This document shows, one piece after another, positions 29,275-39,107 of a stretch of DNA of 64,000 nucleotides. The position numbers and the translations under genes are program-made. The DNA comes from Candidatus Saccharimonadota bacterium (GTDB lineage Bacteria > Patescibacteriota > Saccharimonadia > Saccharimonadales > SLHW01), in assembly GCA_024635455.1 (NCBI GenBank), contig JAGXIU010000003.1, forward strand, positions 3,966-67,965. The letters run 5' to 3'. How positions within the stretch are numbered: position 1 is the stretch's first letter; every line of letters begins with the position of its first letter. Under the pieces are notes generated by a model, which was not told the origin of the DNA, searched no databases, and saw nothing but the letters and a program-made list of their open reading frames with translations.

Positions 29275-29297
29275 TGTTATACTAGGAGAAGCAATTT

Positions 29298-30341
29298 ATG
29301 ATTGAAACTATAGAAATTATCGTCGAAACTAGCGTAGTCTTGCAGATTTTATCACTGGCGTTCATAACCTTCATCGTCAGCATGTTGTTGACTCCAGTCT
29401 ATACATCGATAGCTTTTCGAGGAAAGTGGTGGAAGCAGCAACGTTCTGAAGCATGGTCGGGTGGCCAGGCCAGTGTATACAAGAAGCTGCATGCAGCTAA
29501 GCACAAACGTAACATTCCAACTATGGCTGGTATTATTTTTGTCACCAGCATCTTAATCGTGACGCTGCTGCTCAATTTAGACCGCGGTCAGACGTGGCTA
29601 CCACTAGCGGCTATGGTGGGATCTGGTTTAATCGGTTTCGTCGACGACTGGATAAATATTCGGGGTAAAAATAATGTACTTGCTGGCATGAAAGCTAAAA
29701 TTAAATTTGCACTACATAGTGCAGTTGCGCTCATTGGGGGTTGGTGGTTCTTCGCTAAACTTGATGTCTCTAGCATCAGCTTTCCTTTTTTCGGAGAAAT
29801 TGTGCTCGGCTTCGGTATTGTTATATTGTTTTGGTTTGTGGTCATCGCTACAGCGAATGCAGTTAATATAACTGATGGTTTAGATGGTCTAGCCGGTGGA
29901 TTGCTGGTGTCATCTTTTTCGGCATATACAGTAATTTGTATCATGCAAGGGCAGTATGCATTGGCGGCTTTTTGTTTAAGTATTGTTGGCGCGTTACTTA
30001 GCTACACCTGGTTCAATGTTTATCCAGCGCGCTTTTTTATGGGCGATGTAGGGTCATTCTCGCTCGGTACAGCGCTGGGTGTCATTGCTATGCAAACTGA
30101 CACGATATACGTATTACCAGTAATTGGCCTTGTATATGTCGCAGAAACTGGCTCAGTCATAATAAATCGTACATCAAAGAAGTTGAGAAAGGGCAAGAAG
30201 GTGTTTTTGTCTTCACCAATCCATCATCATTTTGAAGCAATTGGTTGGCCTGAAACGAAGGTAACCATGCGTTTTTGGATTCTCGGCCAAGTTTCAGCCG
30301 TTCTCGGTCTGATAGTATACGTGTTCGGCAGCATTTATTAG
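29298..30341 (+). CDS. mraY: Phospho-N-acetylmuramoyl-pentapeptide transferase
   Basis: PTMAG, GFVDD, NAVNITDGLDGL, FMGDVGS, PIHHHFE. Confidence 0.96.
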   Translation: MIETIEIIVETSVVLQILSLAFITFIVSMLLTPVYTSIAFRGKWWKQQRSEAWSGGQASVYKKLHAAKHKRNIPTMAGIIFVTSILIVTLLLNLDRGQTWLPLAAMVGSGLIGFVDDWINIRGKNNVLAGMKAKIKFALHSAVALIGGWWFFAKLDVSSISFPFFGEIVLGFGIVILFWFVVIATANAVNITDGLDGLAGGLLVSSFSAYTVICIMQGQYALAAFCLSIVGALLSYTWFNVYPARFFMGDVGSFSLGTALGVIAMQTDTIYVLPVIGLVYVAETGSVIINRTSKKLRKGKKVFLSSPIHHHFEAIGWPETKVTMRFWILGQVSAVLGLIVYVFGSIY

Positions 30342-30359
30342 CATAATCACTAAAATCTA

Positions 30360-31637
30360 ATGAAAAACAAAAGAATCAGAAGAACAAGAAGCACGGTTTT
30401 CGGCCAGGATGTTGGGTCACGTCGACATCGGCCTGACTACGCTTTGGGTATCATCAGTCTAATTTTACTCAGTGTAGGTCTCGTTGTTGTGTATGCTATG
30501 AGCCCTGGACTTAGCACTCTTGCACAAGTTGAAGACACACACTTTATATACCGGCAAATGCTAGCAATTGGTTTGGCTTTAGTCGCTTTTATTATCTTTG
30601 CTCGGTTACCTTTTACATTCTGGCGGACACTCACGCGTCCCCTGATAGTAGTAACGCTGGTCGCTTTACTTGCAACACAGTTTATCGGTAGCGGTGGAGC
30701 TAATGCATCTCGTTGGGTGCAGATTGGTGGACTATCATTTCAGTCTGTCGAACTACTTAAATTCACCTTGATTATATGGTTGTCTGGATTTCTTGCCATG
30801 CGACAACGCAACCAAGAACTAAATGATATACAAAAAACCTTAAAGCCAATTGCCATAGTACTACTTGTCACCGGTTTTGTTGTTGCGGTCTTGCAAAGTG
30901 ACCTGGGCTCTATGGGGGTTGTCGCTGCCATTATTGTGGCAATGCTGTTTGTTGCTGGTCTATCATTCCGTTGGATGGCAGTTGGTCTCGCTAGCGTATT
31001 AATAGGCGGACTGGTGCTAATTGCTAGCAGCCCGTACCGACAAGAGCGGGTGGCTACGTTCTTGAACCCCCAGTCAGACTGCCTAGAAGAGGGTTATCAG
31101 GCTTGTCAGGCGCTTATTGCAGTAGGTTCAGGCGGTTTATTTGGTAAAGGAATAGATAGGAGCGCACAAGCGTACGGGTACTTACCAGAAGCTGCAAATG
31201 ACTCTATCTTCGCAGTGTTGGCGGAGATGTTTGGGTTCCTTGGTGTCGTTGCGGTCGTAGGACTATTCATTGCATTATTTACTCGTATGGTACGAATAAT
31301 AGAACGTGCACCAAATAATGAAAGTAGGCTAATCGTAGTTGGTGTATTAGCGTGGTTAAGTACACAGGCATTCATAAATATAATGGCAATGGTTGGCTTA
31401 TTTCCGCTCAAAGGAATTACGCTACCATTTATTAGTTATGGTGGTACGAGCTTAATTTTTGTAACGGCAGCAGTCGGCTTAGTGTTCAATATCTCTCGTT
31501 ATACGACGTATTCAGTACATGATGATATGCTAAGTAAAAGATTTCTAGGTAAGCGAAAGGAGCGGAGGCGTGAAGATTCTACTCAGCGGCGGCGGTACGG
31601 GAGGACACATTACTCCCATTCGCTCCATCGCTCATGA
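30360..31637 (+). CDS. ftsW: SEDS peptidoglycan glycosyltransferase FtsW
   Basis: ASRW, QSDLGS, GSGGLFGKG, LPEAANDSIF, LPFISYGGTS. Confidence 0.95.
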   Translation: MKNKRIRRTRSTVFGQDVGSRRHRPDYALGIISLILLSVGLVVVYAMSPGLSTLAQVEDTHFIYRQMLAIGLALVAFIIFARLPFTFWRTLTRPLIVVTLVALLATQFIGSGGANASRWVQIGGLSFQSVELLKFTLIIWLSGFLAMRQRNQELNDIQKTLKPIAIVLLVTGFVVAVLQSDLGSMGVVAAIIVAMLFVAGLSFRWMAVGLASVLIGGLVLIASSPYRQERVATFLNPQSDCLEEGYQACQALIAVGSGGLFGKGIDRSAQAYGYLPEAANDSIFAVLAEMFGFLGVVAVVGLFIALFTRMVRIIERAPNNESRLIVVGVLAWLSTQAFINIMAMVGLFPLKGITLPFISYGGTSLIFVTAAVGLVFNISRYTTYSVHDDMLSKRFLGKRKERRREDSTQRRRYGRTHYSHSLHRS

Positions 31638-32736
31638 CTTGAAGCAACAGTCTCCTCGCGCACATATAACCTATGTAGGGGAGCGAAAGGGACGTTTTGC
31701 ACATGTGCTTGCAGGCAATAAAGATATTGATAAGACCTATAGCATTTTCTCTGGGAAGTATCGACGTTATCACGGCGAGACATTGCTGCAAAAAATGATC
31801 GATATTAAGACCATTGTATTAAATATTCGGGATGTTTTTTTCGTTGCTATAGGGGTTGTCCAGTCGCTCGTTTTGCTTGCATTGAATCGACCTGACGTTG
31901 TGTTTCTAAAGGGGGGTTATGTTGGCGTTCCAATCGGATTGGCAGCAGCGTTATATCGCATTCCAATTGTAACCCATGACTCTGATGCAGTTGCTGGCTT
32001 AGCTAACAGAATGGTGAGCCGTTGGGCAACCTTGCACGCAACTGCTTTGCCCGTCAACCAATACGCTTATCCAGAGAGTAAGACACTCGAAACAGGTGTT
32101 ATCGTTAGCAGTGAATATCGTCTTGTAGATAGCGATGCAAAGCAGGCTTTTCGTCGCGAATTGGCGTTACCACAAAATGCAAAAATATTATTTATCACCG
32201 GTGGTAGCAGCGGCGCGGCAGCTATAAACCAAACAGTCACCAGCATTATAGAAGATATTATTGACCTTGATCCTGATGTATATATTATCCACCAAGTAGG
32301 GAAGGGGAAGCAGGGGGTGTATAAGAGGACTGACTATAGGCAGCTTGAAGTCCATGAGTTTATTGACGGTTTATATAAGTATAGCGGTGCGGCAGATTTA
32401 ATTATCACGAGGGCAGGGGCAAATACACTGGCGGAGTTTGCTGTGCAGGCAAAGCCTTGCATCGTTATACCGAGCCCGCACTTTGCAGGTGGTCATCAAT
32501 TGGAAAATGCAAATTTTGTGCGTGAGCGCGAGGCTGCAGTTGTTTTAGATGAGCAGACAATATTGCAAGATCCGTCGCTGCTAAATCAATCAATCGCGAA
32601 CGTACTTCTTGATAAAAGAGCCCAGAAAAAACTAGCCGACAACATACATAAACTCGCTCGTCTGGACGCTAGTAGTGTCATTGCTCAAAAACTGCAGGAC
32701 ATAGCTACAAAAAGTAAAAAACACAACAAACTATAA
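31570..32736 (+). CDS. murG: Lipid II synthase MurG
   Basis: SGGGTGGHITP, KGGYV, HDSD, GGSSGA, RAGANTLAE, HQLENA. Confidence 0.96.
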   Translation: MKILLSGGGTGGHITPIRSIAHDLKQQSPRAHITYVGERKGRFAHVLAGNKDIDKTYSIFSGKYRRYHGETLLQKMIDIKTIVLNIRDVFFVAIGVVQSLVLLALNRPDVVFLKGGYVGVPIGLAAALYRIPIVTHDSDAVAGLANRMVSRWATLHATALPVNQYAYPESKTLETGVIVSSEYRLVDSDAKQAFRRELALPQNAKILFITGGSSGAAAINQTVTSIIEDIIDLDPDVYIIHQVGKGKQGVYKRTDYRQLEVHEFIDGLYKYSGAADLIITRAGANTLAEFAVQAKPCIVIPSPHFAGGHQLENANFVREREAAVVLDEQTILQDPSLLNQSIANVLLDKRAQKKLADNIHKLARLDASSVIAQKLQDIATKSKKHNKL

Positions 32737-32740
32737 GGTT

Positions 32741-33700
32741 ATGAAACTTTTTACTACCAAAAAAACTAACCAGAGAAACCGGTCGCGGATTCGGCCAAAA
32801 TCACCTGGCTCTAGTAAGGCAAGCAATACATACAGCACGCATAATCAGCCGCGACGATCACCAATCAGCGGTGATACAAGAACACGCAATAGTGTCGGTG
32901 GTGGAGCCCCTGCGTCAGGCCCGAAGTATCCATGGAGGTGGCTACCGCTTACCGTGATTGGTGTAGTGATTATTGGGCTTCTCCTTTATACAAGTTTTGT
33001 TGACGTAAGCAATCCTAAGGTGCGAATTATAGCTCCGAACCAAGCAGAAACATTTACGGTTGTGAAGGATGATATCCTAAGAGAGAACGCATATATGGAA
33101 GCAACAGCTGCAGCGCTTCGTGAGTCGATACTTAGCCGTAGTAAGTTTACCGTTAATAAGTCACGCATTGAATCGGCACTAATTGCAGAGTTCCCTGAGA
33201 TCCAGCTGGCTTCACTTCAATTTCATCTTATCGATAAAACACCAATAATTCGCCTCGTGCCACGTAATCCGGTGTTGTTGGTCGAGTCAACCCAAGACAA
33301 CACTCGTTATTATGTAGATGCAAATGGTGTTGTCATGGCTCAAAAATCAACGAATACAAGTGAAGATTCACCGTTAAGAACTGTGGTTGATGAGTCAGGC
33401 CTTGAGCTAATTCCGGGAAGCCGCGTCCTGCCGGTGGATACGATACGCTTTATTGATCAGGTTGAAGAACAGTTTAACGCGGCTGATCTACGTATTCAAT
33501 CGATGTCTTTGCCTGCCGTCGCGAATGAGCTGCATGTTCGGGTAGTGGGGGACGAATTTGTCGGTAAGTTTGATATAACTGCCGACGTTCGTATACAGGC
33601 CGGTACGTTTATTGCTGTTCGTGAACAATTAAACCAAGATAACATTCAGCCTCGCGAGTACATTGACGCGCGTATACAGGGAAGAGCCTACTACAGGTAG
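32741..33700 (+). CDS. ftsQ: FtsQ/DivIB-like cell division protein
   Basis: One TM helix, POTRA-like region, C-terminal EYIDARIQGRAYY; last gene of the dcw cluster. Confidence 0.75.
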   Translation: MKLFTTKKTNQRNRSRIRPKSPGSSKASNTYSTHNQPRRSPISGDTRTRNSVGGGAPASGPKYPWRWLPLTVIGVVIIGLLLYTSFVDVSNPKVRIIAPNQAETFTVVKDDILRENAYMEATAAALRESILSRSKFTVNKSRIESALIAEFPEIQLASLQFHLIDKTPIIRLVPRNPVLLVESTQDNTRYYVDANGVVMAQKSTNTSEDSPLRTVVDESGLELIPGSRVLPVDTIRFIDQVEEQFNAADLRIQSMSLPAVANELHVRVVGDEFVGKFDITADVRIQAGTFIAVREQLNQDNIQPREYIDARIQGRAYYR

Positions 33701-34119
33701 GCTCGCAATAAGCAATAATCCCCCAGCCTCTCCTGCTCAGTGTTCGCAATTTGTTCTATTTGATGAATATACTACTACGCTAAAAAACTATACAAAAATA
33801 TAAAAGCAGGGGAATGTCAAAAAAATATATATAAAACAGGAAAGTGGGGAAATTGCAAACTTTTATAATGGATCAGAGTAAAAAGCAAATGTTTTCACGT
33901 ATAAAGCGACATAACTGTGGATAAGTCAAATATGATGTAAATATACACACGTTTCTATGCCCATAGTCGAGGGGGGCATACTTGAGGCTATAACAGCTGA
34001 GCATAACGTACAGTGCAGTTAATAGCATCTGAGCTTGGTGTAAACCGACACATACACCACAAAACAGAAATCCCCTGTAGTAGTAGATGATTGCTTATAC
34101 CTGGGTAACAATGAATACT

Positions 34120-34147
34120 AAGTCGTAAAAGATATATTGTGCGACGT
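34120..34147. other. dif-like Xer recombination site / replication terminus
   Basis: AAGTCGTAAAA-GATATA-TTGTGCGACGT: 11-6-11 layout, arms 8/11 inverted, at the gene-strand convergence point. Confidence 0.75.
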
Positions 34148-34596
34148 TGTAGTTAGCGCTCCGGGGTAGTGCTCTGCTAGCTGGTTTGTGCTTTGTTTTG
34201 AGCTTCTATTCTTCTATTATTTATATTTTTCGTTATGTTTGTGCGCTGGTATCTTTTTTCTGCTACTTTCCTACTTTGATCTCTATACGATTAGTCCTAC
34301 AACTAATTTTACGTTTTACCTGTATTTAGTTCATTATTTGGCTACACTTATCCTACTATAAAAGTGTTCGCAATTTGTTCATTAATATTGCAGTTTTTGT
34401 TAGCACGTCTGAAAGAGCATACTCTCCTAACCTGCCAACAGGCACACAAGTCGGCTGTTGCTACTTATCAATCTTAGCTTTGGGTTTATTACGACTAGTT
34501 CTACCTTAAGTGTAGCCACTACTGATACTGCCCTTAAGTCTTGTAAGCAGATACTGCACAGCAGCAGATGTATTCTTATAGAAAATGGAAGCTTTT

Positions 34597-35634
34597 CTAT
34601 TGCTCAGCGACGGTGTAGGTGGCTTTAGCAACCCGCTTGAACTGAGGTTTACCTTGAAGGTTCAGTAATATAGTAGTCTCTTTAACATAGCGACTTTTCA
34701 GGACTTCCCGAACAATATCATCGCGGTGGAGTGGCGCACCGGCTTTCTTTAAGACGTCAGTGATGGTATCAGCGACGGTGCCTTTCTTGAAGCCCCATTC
34801 CTTGAGCGCATATATACCACGGCCGACGAGCACGAATCGCTTATCTTTGATAAGTTCATTATGGATAGCTTGTACAGTAACGTCGTTTCGTTTGAAGCCA
34901 CTTTCTTGAATTGCTTTGGCGATTTCATTGAAGTGCAGGTGTTTGCCGTTTTCGTATAGAATAACGTATATCTTGTCTCGAATGTTCTTTGGGTTGACCA
35001 TAGGCCATTTCGTAAGCCCCCAGCGGCCATTTAGCGTTGCGATATGCTTCGAGGCACGAGCTAAGCCTTCTACGTGCTTTTCGTCAGTGATCTTTGCTTG
35101 TTTCGCAATTGCAGCTATGGTGGTTGGTTTACCAATATCTTTTACTGCTGTTAAGACTTGGTCTACTCTTGCTTTTAACTGTTTTTCGTCGTGCTCGGAT
35201 TTAAGCCCAGTTACTTGGTAGAATGTGTCGTTTTCGTCAACTACTACAAGGTCTGCGCAGAGTGATGCAATAAATGCGACGCGAGCATGCTCGATACGAC
35301 TTGGCTTTTCAACGAATTGCTGTGTAAGGTCTTTGATACGTGCTACTTTTGTAGTGTTTTTGAGGTGGTCAATAAGTTCTATTTGTAGATTCTTGACGTG
35401 AGGAACGTTCCCCTCCTCTGCCTGCATCTTCAATCGGATAACAACGGCCTTTTCTAACTGACGAACACGCTCTCTGGTGATGCCAAGTAGCTCACCGATT
35501 TGCTCTAGTGTTTCCTTGCGATCAAACAATCCAAATCGGCGTGACACGATTTCTCGTTCACGTTCTCGTTCTATAGTTTGTAAAATGTCGGTAACGATTT
35601 TCTCGGTGTTACGTTCAGATTTAGGCTCTGTCAT
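34597..35634 (-). CDS. Sigma-70 region 4 HTH fused to HARE-HTH/winged-helix domains
   Basis: RRFGL..ETLEQIGELLGITRERVRQLE; IHNELIKDKRFVLVGRGIYALKEW. Confidence 0.85.
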   Translation of the reverse strand: MTEPKSERNTEKIVTDILQTIEREREREIVSRRFGLFDRKETLEQIGELLGITRERVRQLEKAVVIRLKMQAEEGNVPHVKNLQIELIDHLKNTTKVARIKDLTQQFVEKPSRIEHARVAFIASLCADLVVVDENDTFYQVTGLKSEHDEKQLKARVDQVLTAVKDIGKPTTIAAIAKQAKITDEKHVEGLARASKHIATLNGRWGLTKWPMVNPKNIRDKIYVILYENGKHLHFNEIAKAIQESGFKRNDVTVQAIHNELIKDKRFVLVGRGIYALKEWGFKKGTVADTITDVLKKAGAPLHRDDIVREVLKSRYVKETTILLNLQGKPQFKRVAKATYTVAEQ

Positions 35635-35850
35635 TTCTATTCATTCCTTGCCCACCAACGCTTACGTTTTATTAATTGTAAAACATATATACAGAAAAGT
35701 CAACTCGGACTTGTACTAGATATATTTTAGCATGAAATGGACGTTTATACCTAATACATGACATGTTAATATCTGCAGATAACGATAGTCAGCTCATATC
35801 AAGTATCCGCATATAAAACCAGATGTAGAATATTAGTGTAGTACTGACTG

Positions 35851-38142
35851 TTATTTTTTCTTTTTATAGCGTTTTTTACGTGTTGGCGCTTTATCGATCA
35901 TTTCTTGTGCTTGCTTCTCGGTGATGTCCTTTGGTTCAACATTTTTCGGGATACGCACGTTTTTTTTGCCATTGGTAACGTATGGTCCATACGGGCCTTT
36001 TATAATTTCGATGCCATTTGCGAACGCTTGAATCTTCCTATCCTTGATTTGCTGTAGTTTCTCTGCGTATAGCTTTCGAGACTCTTCAATAGTGATCTTC
36101 ATTGGGTCACGCGGCTTTATTGCTACATATGTCTTATCAACCTGTATATAGGGACCAAATCGGCCAATGTTTGCTTTAATGTCTTGACCGTCCTCAGTCT
36201 GTCCGACAATACGAGGTAGCTTGAACATCTCCATAGCTTCATCAAATGTGACAGTTTCGATATCTTTTCCTTCTGGCATCGGCGCAAAATCAGGTTTTTC
36301 ATCGTCCTCAGTCTCACCACGCTGGAGCATTGGACCGTATCTGCCAAATCGCGCATAGATAGTTTTGCCGTTCGCAGGATCAACACCAATTTTTTTTGCC
36401 TGCATACTATCTTTTTTACTGACAGATTCAGACTTTTCGACGAGGGGTGCAAATGTTTCGTAGAATTCATCAAGCATTTTGACCCAATCGAGCTTTCCTG
36501 CGGCGACCTCATCGAAACGTGCCTCTGCATTCGCGGTAAACTCATAATCGACAATGTATGAAAAGTGCTTCATAAGAAAATCAGTTGTCACTAGGGCTAC
36601 TGATGTTGGTAATAGTTTGCTTTTATCGGAGCCGTATTCACGTGACTCCTCAGATTCTTTTATGGAATCATCTACAAGCTCTATTAATTGGTGTTTTCGT
36701 GAAATTCCTTCTATATCAGCCTTCTCTACGTAACCTCGAGCCTGAATGGTTGAGATTGTCGGCGCGTAGGTGCTTGGGCGTCCGATACCGAGATCTTCCA
36801 GCTTCTTAACGAGACTTGCTTCTGAGTAGCGGGCAGGTGGTTTAGAGAAGGCCTCTTCAGCTGAAACTGTTTGTCGATCGAGTGCATCACCTACGCTGAC
36901 GTCTGGCAAATTAACATCTTCTCTGATACCGCCATACACCTTCAGGAAACCGTCAAAGCGTAACACCTCACCCTTTGCAACAAACACGATGTCATCGTGT
37001 TGGTCTGGCTTGATTGATACATTTGTTTTGTCGGTGCGGGCTGGCGACATTTGGCTCGCGACAGTACGTTTCCAGATAAGGCTATAGAGTTTTTGTTGTT
37101 GCTCGTCTTTGCCAGCACTGGTTGTCTTTACGTCAGTTGGGCGTATAGCTTCGTGCGCTTCTTGGGCCGATGATTGCTTAGTCTTGTATTGTCGTAAGGT
37201 GTAGTATTCTTTGCCAAACTGACTTGTTATATAAGCGCTGGTAGCATCAATTGCGGTTTTAGATAATGTAGTACTATCGGTACGCATATAGGTGATCAAA
37301 CCACTTTCATACAGTCGCTGAGCGACGGTCATAGTTTGCCGAACGCTAAAGCCGAGTTTGCGGGCAGCTTCTTGTTGCAGGCTACTGGTTGTGAACGGTG
37401 CCGCTGGGTTGCGGTTACTTGGTTTTTGTTCGACTGAGGTAACATGAAAGTCTGCTGAGGTCAGCTTTTTGAGTAGATCGAGTACCTCTGCCTTGGAATC
37501 AAGCTTGGTCTTTAGCTCAGCGCGTAGTTGTTCAGCTGGTTGCTTAACGGTATTAAACTCAGCACTAACCTTAAAAGAAGAGGCGGGTGTGTAGGCTTGT
37601 ATCTCGCGCTCTCGCTCAACAATGAGCCGAACAGCTACAGACTGGACACGTCCAGCTGATAATCCCGGTCGAATCTTCTTCCATAGAACTGGTGATAATT
37701 GGTAGCCGACAATACGATCGAGAATGCGGCGGGCTTGCTGTGCCTCTACTAATTCCTCGTTAATAACGCGTGGTTTCTTGATTGCATTCTTTATGGCTGG
37801 TTCGGTAATCTCATGAAATACGATACGATTCGTTGTCTTTGGGTCTATTTTAAGCGCTTGGCAGAGATGCCAGGCAATCGCCTCCCCTTCTCGGTCTTCA
37901 TCACTTGCGAGCCAGACTGTTTTATCTTTGGCAGCTTTTCTCAAATCAGTAACGACCTTCTTCTTATCGCTCGTAGTCTCATACTGGGGCTTGAAGCCGT
38001 TTTCTATATCTATACTCAACTTTTTTCGCGGTAAGTCACGAATGTGACCATAGCTACTCTTGACCTCATAATCTTTACCGAGGTATTTTTTTATGGTTTC
38101 TGCTTTAGCAGGACTCTCAACTATAACGAGATTCTTTGACAT
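35851..38142 (-). CDS. topA: DNA topoisomerase I
   Basis: LVIVESPAKA, DEDREGE, SAGRVQS, ITYMRTDS, AHEAIRPT, GRPSTY; C-terminal GRFGPY repeats. Confidence 0.98.
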   Translation of the reverse strand: MSKNLVIVESPAKAETIKKYLGKDYEVKSSYGHIRDLPRKKLSIDIENGFKPQYETTSDKKKVVTDLRKAAKDKTVWLASDEDREGEAIAWHLCQALKIDPKTTNRIVFHEITEPAIKNAIKKPRVINEELVEAQQARRILDRIVGYQLSPVLWKKIRPGLSAGRVQSVAVRLIVEREREIQAYTPASSFKVSAEFNTVKQPAEQLRAELKTKLDSKAEVLDLLKKLTSADFHVTSVEQKPSNRNPAAPFTTSSLQQEAARKLGFSVRQTMTVAQRLYESGLITYMRTDSTTLSKTAIDATSAYITSQFGKEYYTLRQYKTKQSSAQEAHEAIRPTDVKTTSAGKDEQQQKLYSLIWKRTVASQMSPARTDKTNVSIKPDQHDDIVFVAKGEVLRFDGFLKVYGGIREDVNLPDVSVGDALDRQTVSAEEAFSKPPARYSEASLVKKLEDLGIGRPSTYAPTISTIQARGYVEKADIEGISRKHQLIELVDDSIKESEESREYGSDKSKLLPTSVALVTTDFLMKHFSYIVDYEFTANAEARFDEVAAGKLDWVKMLDEFYETFAPLVEKSESVSKKDSMQAKKIGVDPANGKTIYARFGRYGPMLQRGETEDDEKPDFAPMPEGKDIETVTFDEAMEMFKLPRIVGQTEDGQDIKANIGRFGPYIQVDKTYVAIKPRDPMKITIEESRKLYAEKLQQIKDRKIQAFANGIEIIKGPYGPYVTNGKKNVRIPKNVEPKDITEKQAQEMIDKAPTRKKRYKKKK

Positions 38143-38191
38143 ATTGCTCTAGTGTACAGACAATGTCTATATATCTGCAACTGCTTATTAT

Positions 38192-39055
38192 TTATCGAAG
38201 TGCCCAATGATCAGCCCCAAGTGGCTTAATCTTGTCAGAAATCTCGAGCATGGTCATGGTTTGCGCGTATTCCTTGGTAGGTAGTTTGCTTTGTTCAAGC
38301 AGCGTCTTGCCGTCACTCACTCCTTCTTGTAGGAGGCTGATGATACGAGACTCTGCCTCTGTTTCGCCTAGAATGATTTGTTGCTGTTGAGCCTGTTCAC
38401 TGATGTTGCATTCATCGAGTATATCCTGAGCGCTCCGGGCTGCTCGTGCTCCTTGGGCTATAAGGTTATTTGTACCCTGACTCATTTGATTGGTGATATT
38501 TCCTGGCACTGCAAGTAGTGGCTTGCCTTGATCAAGGGCAAACCGAGCAGTATGTAGCGTGCCACTTTTCTTGGCAGCCTCAGTTATTAATACAGCGTCA
38601 CTTAAGCCTGATACGATACGGTTACGTTCAACAAAGTTCTGGCGTAGGGGTGGAGTACCTGGTTCATATTCGCTAACAAGTGCCCCACCGGCTGCAATAA
38701 TATCCTTTGCTATATTTCGATGGGCTGCCGGGTAGATTTTATCGAGACCACATGGCAGGACTGCTATCGTGGGCATTCCTTCGGCCAGTGCGGTTTTGTG
38801 AGCAGTGATATCGACCCCGAAGGCCAGGCCACTTACAACGGAGATGTCATATGCCGCTAGATCTGAAATAAATTTTTGTGTCACTTCCCTGCCGTAAGGC
38901 GTGATTTTGCGTGAACCAACCACTGCTACCATTGTTTTTGCTGACAACGCTTCAGGAGATCCTCGGACGTACAGTTGCTTCGGAGGTTGTGGAATATGAC
39001 GCAGCACCCCTGGAAAATCGTTTGATTGTAGCGTAAGCTTATTGACTTTATGCAT
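38192..39055 (-). CDS. dprA: DNA processing protein DprA (Smf)
   Basis: VAVVGSR, VSGLAFGVD, FVERNRIVSGLS, SGTLHTA, AVPG. Confidence 0.96.
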   Translation of the reverse strand: MHKVNKLTLQSNDFPGVLRHIPQPPKQLYVRGSPEALSAKTMVAVVGSRKITPYGREVTQKFISDLAAYDISVVSGLAFGVDITAHKTALAEGMPTIAVLPCGLDKIYPAAHRNIAKDIIAAGGALVSEYEPGTPPLRQNFVERNRIVSGLSDAVLITEAAKKSGTLHTARFALDQGKPLLAVPGNITNQMSQGTNNLIAQGARAARSAQDILDECNISEQAQQQQIILGETEAESRIISLLQEGVSDGKTLLEQSKLPTKEYAQTMTMLEISDKIKPLGADHWALR

Positions 39056-39072
39056 AGATTAGGTTTTTAGTA

Positions 39073-39101
39073 TTGACATATAACGTTTTATTTGCTAAAG
39101 T
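39073..39101 (+). promoter_or_regulatory. Sigma-70 promoter driving the putative ncRNA
   Basis: TTGACA (39073)-17 bp-TAAAGT (39096) with extended TG. Confidence 0.75.
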
Positions 39102-39107
39102 ATGTTC

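Noticed and set aside
33701..34596. Replication origin (AT-rich gap with a DnaA box)
   Set aside because: Only one perfect box, no dnaA/dnaN, genes converge rather than diverge, and a dif-like site is present.
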